Origin: Pyrinomonadaceae bacterium
GTDB lineage: Bacteria; Acidobacteriota; Blastocatellia; Pyrinomonadales; Pyrinomonadaceae
DNA: 64,000 nt
NCBI GenBank assembly: GCA_046313635.1
Contig: JBKBYA010000010.1
Location: 32,001-96,000 of the forward strand
Direction of reading: 5' to 3'
Shown: piece after piece, positions 29,461 through 37,768 of the stretch
How positions within the stretch are numbered: the stretch's first letter is position 1
Layout: each line of letters begins with the position of its first letter
The notes under the pieces: model-generated
What the model saw: the letters and a program-made list of their open reading frames with translations, nothing else
Told to the model about the DNA's origin: nothing
Databases searched by the model: none
Translations under genes and position numbers: made by a program

Positions 29461-30363
29461 ATGAATCCATTACTTTTCAAAGCGGCCGCGATCGTGATCG
29501 CGGCCGTTTGTTTTTGTAGCTCGGCGGCCGCGCAGGACGACGACGTGATCGCTGTCGACTCGTCGATCGTCGTGATGAACGCCGTCGTCCGCGACGCACA
29601 AGATCGTGCGGTGCTTGGGCTGCAGCGGTCGCACTTCAGCATTTTCGAGGACGGCGTCGAGCAGGCGATCGCAGCATTCGAGTCGCACGAGGCGCCGTTC
29701 GCCGCGGTGATACTGCTCGACACGTCCGGCAGCATGCAGTCGCGGATAAGCGCCGCGCGTTCGGCGGCGATCAATTTTTTGGACGGTCTGAGGCCCGGCG
29801 ACGTCGCGGCCGTCTACCGGTTTGACTCGAGGGTCACGGAAGTGCAGGAGTTCTCGGGGAGCCGCGACGTGAGCGAGAGGATCTTTGGCATCAGGGCCGA
29901 GGGGATGACGGTGCTCAACGACGCGATCGTCGAGGCCGCGGCCAAGCTTGCCGCGCGTCCCGAAGCGAGGCGTGCGATCATCGTCGTCTCCGACGGGGCC
30001 GACACCCGCAGCGGCAATTCGGCCGACAAGGCGATAAAGGCCGCCCTCGCCGCGAACGCGACGATCTATACGGTCGATATGTCCGAGTTAAGCTCCGGCG
30101 GCCCGGCACGGATGCAGAACCGAGGCGTGCTGAAGAATTTTGCCGATAAGACCGGCGGATTTTTTGTTTCAAGCGACGACGCTCTCAAGCTGCGCACGGC
30201 GCTCCGGAGCATCGTCGAGGAGCTCCGCAATCAGTACACGCTCGCATATTCGCCGGAAGAGCCGAAGTATGACGGCAGATGGCACGCTCTCGAGCTGCGC
30301 GTCGCGCGTCCCGGCCTCACGATCAGGACCCGGAAAGGCTACAACGCACCAAAGAAAAAATGA
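29461..30363 (+). CDS. VWA domain protein (Acidobacterial VWFA type)
   Basis: Signal peptide, F.IFEDGVEQ, MIDAS motif DTSGS, SDGAD, TGG and ELRNQY.LAY. Confidence 0.92.
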   Translation: MNPLLFKAAAIVIAAVCFCSSAAAQDDDVIAVDSSIVVMNAVVRDAQDRAVLGLQRSHFSIFEDGVEQAIAAFESHEAPFAAVILLDTSGSMQSRISAARSAAINFLDGLRPGDVAAVYRFDSRVTEVQEFSGSRDVSERIFGIRAEGMTVLNDAIVEAAAKLAARPEARRAIIVVSDGADTRSGNSADKAIKAALAANATIYTVDMSELSSGGPARMQNRGVLKNFADKTGGFFVSSDDALKLRTALRSIVEELRNQYTLAYSPEEPKYDGRWHALELRVARPGLTIRTRKGYNAPKKK

Positions 30364-30384
30364 CGGCCCCTGCGATCGACGCCG

Positions 30385-31500
30385 TCAGGCAATACTCGTC
30401 CGGTTGCGGGCGCGGTCGGCGCTCCGTTCGAGCGCCAATCGAATAAGCTCGTCGATGACGTCCGGAAAACTTCGTCCCGACGCGGCCCACATCTTTGGAA
30501 AGCCCGACGCGTCGGTCAGTCCCGGCATGGTGTTGATCTCGTTGATGAGCAGCTCGCCCGTGTCATTGCGCAGAAAGAAATCGACCCGTGCGAGCCCCGA
30601 GCCGTCGATCGCCGCAAAGGCGGTAACGGCCATCCGGCGGATCATATCCGAGAGATCGGTCGAAACCGGCGCCGGTACGACGAACTCGTTGTTTCCGGTG
30701 CCGGAATATTTCTCGGTGTAATCGAGAAACTTCTTATCCTCGTTGCGGATGATGTACTCGCCCGGCAGGCTCGCCTGCGGATCGGCATTGCCTAGCACGG
30801 CGCATTCGATCTCGCGCATATCGAGAGCTTCCTCGACGATGATCTTGCGGTCAAACTGTGCGGCGAGGTCGATGGCCGACCGCAGCGACGCCGCATCCTC
30901 GGCGCGCGAGACGCCGACCGACGAGCCGAGATTGGCCGGTTTGACGAAGCACGGATATCCGAGCTCGCTCTCGACATCGCGGATCACTCCCTGCGGGCCG
31001 GCCTCCCAGTCCGAGCGCAGAAACCAGACGTGCCTGCACATCGGCAGACCTGCCTCTTCAAAGAGCGTCTTCATCACGACCTTGTCCATCCCGCACGCCG
31101 ACGCGAGAACACCGCAGCCGACATAAGGAACGCCGGCCATCTCAAGCAGCCCCTGGACCGTCCCGTCCTCGCCAAACGTACCGTGCAGAACGGGAAATGC
31201 GACGTCGATACCGCGTGAGCCGGAGACGCTCGAAGCCTGAAGCAGGGTCAGAGCGTTAAAGTCGTCGGCAGACGCCGCGGCAAAGAGCTCGACGCCCTCG
31301 AACGCCGTCGACCGCGTGCTCTCAGGCAGCAGGGCCGCCGAGGCCGCAGGGTCGAGCCAGCGTCCGTCGGGAGCGATCGCCATCGGGACCGCCTCGAACT
31401 TCGCCTTGTCCATCTGCTCAAAAACGGTCCGCGCCGAGCGGATCGAGATCTCATGCTCGCCCGAGCGGCCGCCAAAAATCACACCGACCCTAGTCTTCAT
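30385..31500 (-). CDS. ddl: D-alanine--D-alanine ligase
   Basis: GGRSGEHEIS, LHGTFGEDG, GSSVG and NEINTMPG. Confidence 0.97.
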   Translation of the reverse strand: MKTRVGVIFGGRSGEHEISIRSARTVFEQMDKAKFEAVPMAIAPDGRWLDPAASAALLPESTRSTAFEGVELFAAASADDFNALTLLQASSVSGSRGIDVAFPVLHGTFGEDGTVQGLLEMAGVPYVGCGVLASACGMDKVVMKTLFEEAGLPMCRHVWFLRSDWEAGPQGVIRDVESELGYPCFVKPANLGSSVGVSRAEDAASLRSAIDLAAQFDRKIIVEEALDMREIECAVLGNADPQASLPGEYIIRNEDKKFLDYTEKYSGTGNNEFVVPAPVSTDLSDMIRRMAVTAFAAIDGSGLARVDFFLRNDTGELLINEINTMPGLTDASGFPKMWAASGRSFPDVIDELIRLALERSADRARNRTSIA

Positions 31501-31518
31501 ATTCAAGATACCGATCGA

Positions 31519-32475
31519 TCAAAGAATGGTCTTTCCGAGTGCCGAGAGGATCAGCTCGCAGGCGAGCTGAACGGTGATGTTGCTCTGATCGAGCAGCGGG
31601 TTGACCTCGACGATCTCGAATGAGCGCATCAGGCCCGACTCGGCGATCATCTCGAGCGCGAGATGTGCCTCACGATACGTCGCTCCGCCTCGGACGAGAG
31701 TTCCCGACCCCGGAGCAAAGTGCGGGTCGATCATATCGACGTCAAACGTGACGGCAAACCCGCCCGGGGCACGCGATGCGATCTCGATCGCCCGCTCGAC
31801 GCAGGCCGTCATTCCCCGCTTATCGATATCGCTCATCGTGAAAAATCGGTCGCGCAGACCGAGATCGAGGACGCGGCTGCGTTCGCCGGCGTCAAGGTCG
31901 CGGGCGCCTATGTGAGCGAAATAGGCCGGGTTCAATTTCGGGCCGCGGCCGCCGAGCCCGACGAGCTCGTCGATGCCCTCGCCGAGCAGCACCGCGAGCG
32001 GCATGCCGTGGATGTTGCCCGAGAGAGACGTCTCGGGAGTATTGATATCGGCGTGGGCGTCAAACCAGATCAGTCCGACGTCCTCGCCGCGGCCGCGGCA
32101 AAAATTCGAGATGGCCGAAAATGTCCCGATCGCGATCGAGTGATCGCCGCCCAAGATCACCGGCAGCTCGCCGCGCTCGAGGATGCCTGTCACCGACCGG
32201 TGAATATTTTCAGAGGTCGCGACCATCTCGGCGAGGTACTTAGGATTATCGTCTGCCGCGGCGATCGCCGAGGGCATTACGACCGCGACGTCGCCGTGGT
32301 CCTCGACCGAATATCCGAGCTCGGCGATCTGCTCGACCAAGGTGCGGCCGCGCGTCTTGGTGATCCTGATCGCCGAGACACCGAGCTCGCTGCCGATCTT
32401 TGCCGCGCCGAATCCCATCGGGACGCCAAGGATCCCGACGGCGCCGCGAACGCTGTTTGGGTCATGGTTGTGCAT
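31519..32475 (-). CDS. rocF: Arginase
   Basis: [25 protein letters not shown] and EVNP. Confidence 0.93.
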   Translation of the reverse strand: MHNHDPNSVRGAVGILGVPMGFGAAKIGSELGVSAIRITKTRGRTLVEQIAELGYSVEDHGDVAVVMPSAIAAADDNPKYLAEMVATSENIHRSVTGILERGELPVILGGDHSIAIGTFSAISNFCRGRGEDVGLIWFDAHADINTPETSLSGNIHGMPLAVLLGEGIDELVGLGGRGPKLNPAYFAHIGARDLDAGERSRVLDLGLRDRFFTMSDIDKRGMTACVERAIEIASRAPGGFAVTFDVDMIDPHFAPGSGTLVRGGATYREAHLALEMIAESGLMRSFEIVEVNPLLDQSNITVQLACELILSALGKTIL

Positions 32476-32481
32476 ATCCTG

Positions 32482-32754
32482 CTAGATCTCTCCAAATCCT
32501 CGACGGAAGAGGTCGTCGATCGCCGCGAGTGCGGCCGTCTCGTCGAGGCCTTCGACACGAACGTCCAGTTCGGTACCGGCCGACGCCGCGAGGGCCAAGA
32601 GGCTGAGGATGGATTTCGCGTTGGCGGTCGCGTTGCGGTCGATACGCGAGAGCGTGACGCGGCAATCGAAACCGCCAGCGAGCCGTACCAATTGGGCCGC
32701 GGCGCGTGCATGCAGTCCGAGAGGATTGACGACCGTGAGTCGAGACTCAAGCAT
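32482..32754 (-). CDS. ptsH: HPr phosphocarrier protein
   Basis: GLHAR (His15) and AKSI (Ser46). Confidence 0.95.
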   Translation of the reverse strand: MLESRLTVVNPLGLHARAAAQLVRLAGGFDCRVTLSRIDRNATANAKSILSLLALAASAGTELDVRVEGLDETAALAAIDDLFRRGFGEI

Positions 32755-33172
32755 CCTTTTTCAATTTTTGCGGCTCGAGCAGAGCTGCGGTGCGCTGGAT
32801 CGCGTCCTTGCCCTGCTGCTCGATGACCCGCGCCGCGTCGGCCAGCGAGATCTCGTCATTGAGCGAGGCGAGCTTGATCACCATCGGCAGATTGACGCCC
32901 GTGACGATCTCGACCTCCTTGGGGTCGAGAAACATCGCCGAGATATTTGTCGGCGTCCCGCCGAACATATCCGTCATCAGTATCACTCCCGCGCCGTCCG
33001 AGACCGACCTGATCGCGCGTTCGATCTCGTGCTTTGCGATCTCGACGTCGTCGTGCCAGCCGATCGAAACGGCCGCCAGGTGGCCGAGTTGGCCGACGAC
33101 GGTCTCTGCGGCCGACAGCAGTTCGGTGGCAAGCCTGCCGTGCGAAACGATCACTCCTCCGATCTTCTTCAT
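32747..33172 (-). CDS. PTS EIIA component, mannose/fructose family (stand-alone)
   Basis: SHG, TDMFGGTP.N and GVNLPM. Confidence 0.93.
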   Translation of the reverse strand: MKKIGGVIVSHGRLATELLSAAETVVGQLGHLAAVSIGWHDDVEIAKHEIERAIRSVSDGAGVILMTDMFGGTPTNISAMFLDPKEVEIVTGVNLPMVIKLASLNDEISLADAARVIEQQGKDAIQRTAALLEPQKLKKDA

Positions 33173-33195
33173 ATTCACTCGCAGCTCTCGAATGG

Positions 33196-34107
33196 CTATT
33201 TTTGCACGTCGCGATGCAGTACCGAAACGTCGTACCCCTGCCTGCGCAGGATCTCGGTCAAACGATTGGCGATCATCACAGATCGATGGCGGCCGCCGGT
33301 GCAGCCGATCCCGACCGTCAGATAGGCCTTGCCCTCGCGGCGGTAGAGCGGCAGAAGGTAGCCGAGCAGATCGGAGTATTTTTCGACCGATTCGCGAACC
33401 TCGTCCTGCTGGTCCAGGTACTCGACGATGCGTGCGTCGTCGCCCGTCAACTCGCGCAGCCCGGAGACGAAATACGGATTCGGCAGATACCTCACGTCAA
33501 ACATCATGTCCAGATCGAGAGGATTGCCGTACTTGTGGCCAAAACTGACGATCTGTACCTTGAAGGGCGTGCCGCCGGTCGCGGCCCCGAACCGCTGTAT
33601 GATGAACTGCCGCAGGCTGTGAACGTTGTGCTCCGAAGTATCGACGATAAGGTCCGCGAGTTTGCGTACGTCTTTCAAAGCGCGCTTTTCGGCGCGGATG
33701 GCCGCAAGCAGTCCTCGACCCTTGTCGGCCGGATGAGGCCGGCGTGTCTCCGAAAATCTACGCTGCAGCACGTCGTCCGAAGCTTCAAAAAAAACAACAA
33801 AAGTGTCGAGTTTGCGCTTGAGCCCTTCGAGCTGGGACGGAAACTCGGACAAGAAGTGACGCTCGCGGATATTGATGACGAGCGCCGCCTTTTCGATCGC
33901 GGTCACCTCCTCCTCGTTCGGCAGCATCAGCCGAGCAAAGGTCGCGAGCATCGTGAGCGGCAGGTTGTCGACACAAAAATAGTGAAGGTCCTCAAACGCC
34001 TTGGTTGCCGAGCTGATCCCGCTACCGCTAAGGCCGGTGATGATGACAAGCCGCGGCGCCGCCGGGACCGGGTCGCGCTCGACTCTATTTTTGGACGCTC
34101 TCGGCAT
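33196..34107 (-). CDS. rapZ: RNase adapter RapZ/YvcJ (atypical P-loop)
   Basis: CVDNLP, RRFSETRRPHP, SFGHKYG, DVRYLPNPY and GCTGGRHRSV. Confidence 0.95.
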   Translation of the reverse strand: MPRASKNRVERDPVPAAPRLVIITGLSGSGISSATKAFEDLHYFCVDNLPLTMLATFARLMLPNEEEVTAIEKAALVINIRERHFLSEFPSQLEGLKRKLDTFVVFFEASDDVLQRRFSETRRPHPADKGRGLLAAIRAEKRALKDVRKLADLIVDTSEHNVHSLRQFIIQRFGAATGGTPFKVQIVSFGHKYGNPLDLDMMFDVRYLPNPYFVSGLRELTGDDARIVEYLDQQDEVRESVEKYSDLLGYLLPLYRREGKAYLTVGIGCTGGRHRSVMIANRLTEILRRQGYDVSVLHRDVQK

Positions 34108-34127
34108 TTGCGATAGGGTTTGATGTG

Positions 34128-34682
34128 CTAATCCGACTGTACGCTCGCCCTGTGACGGGCGATCAATTCTTCGGCGGGGTCGCCCTCACTCTGCAGGAGC
34201 CGGTGCAGCCGTACGGCCGTCTCGACAAGGACCGCCAGATTTTGTCCCGGGCGCACGGGCAGAGACAGCGAAGGTACGCGATGGCCTAAAAGGTCCGAAT
34301 CTCGAAAGTCCGCGTGCAGCTTGGATCCGGCATCCGCCGAGCGGCGTTCGACGAGTTCGATGACCAGGTCCACGGGCGAGCTCTCGGCCAGGGCCGGCGC
34401 GCCAAAGACCTTTTTGATGTCGACGCAGCCGAGCCCGCGTATGTAAATGACGCCCTGCGTAACGTACGGCGCGCGGCCGACGAGACGTCCGCCGTCATCT
34501 TGTACCTCGACAGCGTCGTCAGCGACGAGCTGGTGCCCGCGAGAGAGGAGCTCCAGCCCGCACTCGGACTTGCCGATCCCGGCCGGACCCGTAAAAAGGA
34601 CGCCCGTCTCAAAGATGCGGATCAGGGCGCCGTGCAGCGTCACGAGATCTCCGCCGGAATTGTTTTTCTGTTCGGACGCCAA
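34128..34682 (-). CDS. hprK: HPr kinase/phosphorylase, short form (catalytic domain only)
   Basis: LHG, GPAGIGKSE, LVADD, IRGLG and PVRPG.NLA. Start (TTG) uncertain. Confidence 0.88.
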   Translation of the reverse strand: MASEQKNNSGGDLVTLHGALIRIFETGVLFTGPAGIGKSECGLELLSRGHQLVADDAVEVQDDGGRLVGRAPYVTQGVIYIRGLGCVDIKKVFGAPALAESSPVDLVIELVERRSADAGSKLHADFRDSDLLGHRVPSLSLPVRPGQNLAVLVETAVRLHRLLQSEGDPAEELIARHRASVQSD

Positions 34683-34704
34683 ATTCTATCTTGGACCTTT
34701 GCGC

Positions 34705-35238
34705 CTAACGCGGCTGGATCAGTCCAAAGTTTCCGTCCCTGCGTTTGTAGATGACAGACACGCTGCCCTGCGAATCGGTATTTCTAAAGACGACGAACGG
34801 GAGCTTGTCGCTGAGCAGCATCGCGGCCTCTTCCGGCGACATAGGCTTTGCGGGCTGACGCCGCTCGACGATGATCCGCGGCCGCTGCGGCGCCGGCTCG
34901 ACCGAGGCCGTCGATGCCGTCACCTCGCCGACCTTGCGGGCGCGGTGCGACTTGTCGATGACCTTGTTCTTGAGCTTGAGCGCCTGCTTCTCGATCTTTC
35001 CAATGGTTTGGGTCAGCGAGCGGTACATATCGGCGAGGGTCGTCGTCGCCGTGATGACCTCGTTGCGCCAATAAACGATGATCTCCGAGCGGTGTCGATT
35101 TCGTTCGACATCCATAATGACGTGTGCCTTGATGGCCTTGCCGTCAAACAAATGGTCAAGCTTTCTGAAGTGTTCGGCAACGTGTGCCTTGAGGGCTGGG
35201 GTGACCTCAACATGACGTCCGGTATATTCGATCTTCAT
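34705..35238 (-). CDS. hpf: Ribosome hibernation promoting factor, long form
   Basis: GRHVEVT.AL, DMY and the C-terminal KPMS.EEA...VIYKRRDGNFGLI domain. Confidence 0.95.
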   Translation of the reverse strand: MKIEYTGRHVEVTPALKAHVAEHFRKLDHLFDGKAIKAHVIMDVERNRHRSEIIVYWRNEVITATTTLADMYRSLTQTIGKIEKQALKLKNKVIDKSHRARKVGEVTASTASVEPAPQRPRIIVERRQPAKPMSPEEAAMLLSDKLPFVVFRNTDSQGSVSVIYKRRDGNFGLIQPR

Positions 35239-35287
35239 AGAATCAAAAAGAACCTTGCTGCAACAGGATCGCACGCCCGCGGCGCGG

Positions 35288-36877
35288 TCAGATCACCGTC
35301 TTGCGCTCGCGCGATCCGGGTATCTGCATCTGATCGCGATATTTTGCGACCGTACGGCGAGAGAGCTTGACGCCCTCTTTACTGAGGATCTTGGCGATCT
35401 GGTCGTCGGTGAGAGGTTTTTTGGAGTCTTCCTCCTCGATCATTTTTTTGATCTTCAGCTTGAGGATGCGGGTCGAGACCTCTTCGCCCTCCTCGTTCAT
35501 CATTCCCTCGCTAAAGAATCTCCTGAGCTCGATCACGCCCTGCGGCGTGTGGGCGTACTTGCGGTTGACGACGCGCGAGATGGTCGAGAGGTGCATGCCG
35601 ATGTCCTCGGCGACGTCCTTCAGCATCATCGGCTTGATGTACTCGACGCCCTTGTCGAGAAAGTCTCGCTGACGGCGGACGATGCATTCGACCACACGGT
35701 AGATGGTCTGTCTCCGATGCTCGATATTCCGCAGCAGGTCGACCGCCGAGCGCACCTTTTCGCGAATGAAGTCCTTGGTCTCCTTGGTCGTATCGCTCTG
35801 GTCGAGCAGCTGGTGATATGTCGGGCTGATCCTGAGACGCGGGCTGCCGTCGTCGACAAAGTAAACGACGTAGTCGTCCTCGACCTTTTCGATATAGACC
35901 TCGGGCGAGACGTAGACCGGGTCTTTGCTCGCGTAGCGGCGGCCGGGATACGGGTCGAGCTCGCGGATCTTTTGGATCTCGCGGTCGAGCGCGTGCACGT
36001 CGATGCCGGTATCTTTGGACAAGTGCGCCAGACGGTGCGGCTGCAGGTCCTCGAAATGCGAGCGCACGAGCTCGGCCGCAAGCGAATCCTGCAGACCCCG
36101 GGCGCGGAGCTGCGCGAGCAGACAATCCTTGACGTCCATCGCGCCGCAGCCGACCGGGTCGAGCTGCATCACCGCCTGGCGGGCCTCTTCGACGGTCTCG
36201 ACCGGCACGCCGCCGAGCATCTGCGAGATCTCCTCGACCGGCACGGTCAGCCGTCCGTCGTCATCGAGATTGCCGATGATCATCTCGGCCGCCGCGGCGA
36301 CGGTCTCGCTGACGTCGAGCAGATTCAACTGCCATTCGAGATGCTCGCTCAGCGACGGCGTATGCGACAAGAACTGCTCAAAGGACGGGGCGTCCTCCTT
36401 GTATTCGATCTCCTGCGTGCGATATCCCGGGTCGAGGTAGTCCTGAAATTCCCTTCCAAAATCGATCTCGTCAAACGAGTCGCGCGTCTCGGTCGGCGTC
36501 TCCTCGCCGGTGGTTTCAAAATTTGCGTCGCGGTCCTCGCCGTTAGTGTAGCTTTCGGCCGCCGGGCCAAGCTCGTCGACGCTCCCGGCCGTGTAACTCT
36601 CGATGCTGTCCATGGCCGCGGACGGCGTCGCGGCGTGATCTCCGTTCTCAAAGACCTCTTCGTTCCCGGTCGCGTTCTGGTCGAGGATGTTGGACGAGAT
36701 CTCCTGAATCTCGTCTCCCGGCATGACCTCCTCGAGGATCGGGTTCGACACCATCTCCTGCTCGATAAGTTCGGTGAGCTCGAGAGCGGTCATCTGCAGC
36801 ATTTCGATCCTCTGACGCAGCTGTGGCGTGAGGACCATCCGTTGCTGAAGTTGGGTCGAAAGTCGCAGCGAAGACAT
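35288..36877 (-). CDS. rpoN: RNA polymerase sigma-54 factor
   Basis: LTPQL region I, STISR and the SRRTVAKYR RpoN box. Confidence 0.98.
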   Translation of the reverse strand: MSSLRLSTQLQQRMVLTPQLRQRIEMLQMTALELTELIEQEMVSNPILEEVMPGDEIQEISSNILDQNATGNEEVFENGDHAATPSAAMDSIESYTAGSVDELGPAAESYTNGEDRDANFETTGEETPTETRDSFDEIDFGREFQDYLDPGYRTQEIEYKEDAPSFEQFLSHTPSLSEHLEWQLNLLDVSETVAAAAEMIIGNLDDDGRLTVPVEEISQMLGGVPVETVEEARQAVMQLDPVGCGAMDVKDCLLAQLRARGLQDSLAAELVRSHFEDLQPHRLAHLSKDTGIDVHALDREIQKIRELDPYPGRRYASKDPVYVSPEVYIEKVEDDYVVYFVDDGSPRLRISPTYHQLLDQSDTTKETKDFIREKVRSAVDLLRNIEHRRQTIYRVVECIVRRQRDFLDKGVEYIKPMMLKDVAEDIGMHLSTISRVVNRKYAHTPQGVIELRRFFSEGMMNEEGEEVSTRILKLKIKKMIEEEDSKKPLTDDQIAKILSKEGVKLSRRTVAKYRDQMQIPGSRERKTVI

Positions 36878-36979
36878 AGGTAAAACAGCCGCTGAAAAGT
36901 CCTGCAATCGGGGCAAAACTTACATCAATTCGTTGGCTAAAGTATATCGAGTTTGATTTGAAAATGGAAAACGATCGTT

Positions 36980-37765
36980 TCACAGCCTGAACCGCTCGCC
37001 GAGGTACAGGCGCCGCACGTCGGCGTCGTTGACGAGCGATTCCGGGTCGCCCGATCTGAGGATGCGGCCCTCGGCCATGATATATGCGCGGTCGGTGATG
37101 CCGAGCGTCTCGCGGACGTTGTGATCGGTGATCAAAATGCCGATGCCCTGACGCTTGAGATAGACGATGATCTCGCGAATGTCGTCGATCGCAAGCGGGT
37201 CGATGCCGGCAAAGGGTTCGTCGAGCAGGATGTACGAAGGTTCGGTCGCGAGGCACCGTGCGATCTCGACGCGGCGGCGCTCGCCGCCCGACAGCGCGTC
37301 GCCGCGGACGCGGCGAACGTGCTCGACGCCGAATTCGCCCAGCAGCTCCTCGAGCCTTGCAAAGCGGTCGGCGCGAGACATCTTCATCGTCTCGAGTACC
37401 GCGAGGATATTCTGCTCGGCCGTCAGCTTGCGAAAGATCGACGGCTCCTGCGGCAGATATCCGAGACCGAGCCTCGCTCTTAGATACATCGGCAGTGAAG
37501 AAACGTCGCGGCCGTTGATCAGAATGTCGCCGCGCTCGGCCGGCTCGAGACCGACGATCATATAGAACGTCGTCGTCTTGCCCGCGCCGTTGGCGCCGAG
37601 CAGGCCGACGACCTCGCCCTTGTTGACGTGCAGTGAGACACCGTCGACGACGCGGCGGCGGCCGTAGCTCTTTTGCAGATCGTGGGCGACGAGCGCCGTC
37701 TCGACATCGAAGGCCGCGGCTTCGTGCCGAGAGATTCGATCATTGTTTTCGACGGTATCGCGCAT
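36980..37765 (-). CDS. lptB: LPS export ABC ATPase
   Basis: [26 protein letters not shown] and TDHNVRET; upstream of rpoN. Confidence 0.96.
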   Translation of the reverse strand: MRDTVENNDRISRHEAAAFDVETALVAHDLQKSYGRRRVVDGVSLHVNKGEVVGLLGANGAGKTTTFYMIVGLEPAERGDILINGRDVSSLPMYLRARLGLGYLPQEPSIFRKLTAEQNILAVLETMKMSRADRFARLEELLGEFGVEHVRRVRGDALSGGERRRVEIARCLATEPSYILLDEPFAGIDPLAIDDIREIIVYLKRQGIGILITDHNVRETLGITDRAYIMAEGRILRSGDPESLVNDADVRRLYLGERFRL

Positions 37766-37768
37766 CTG

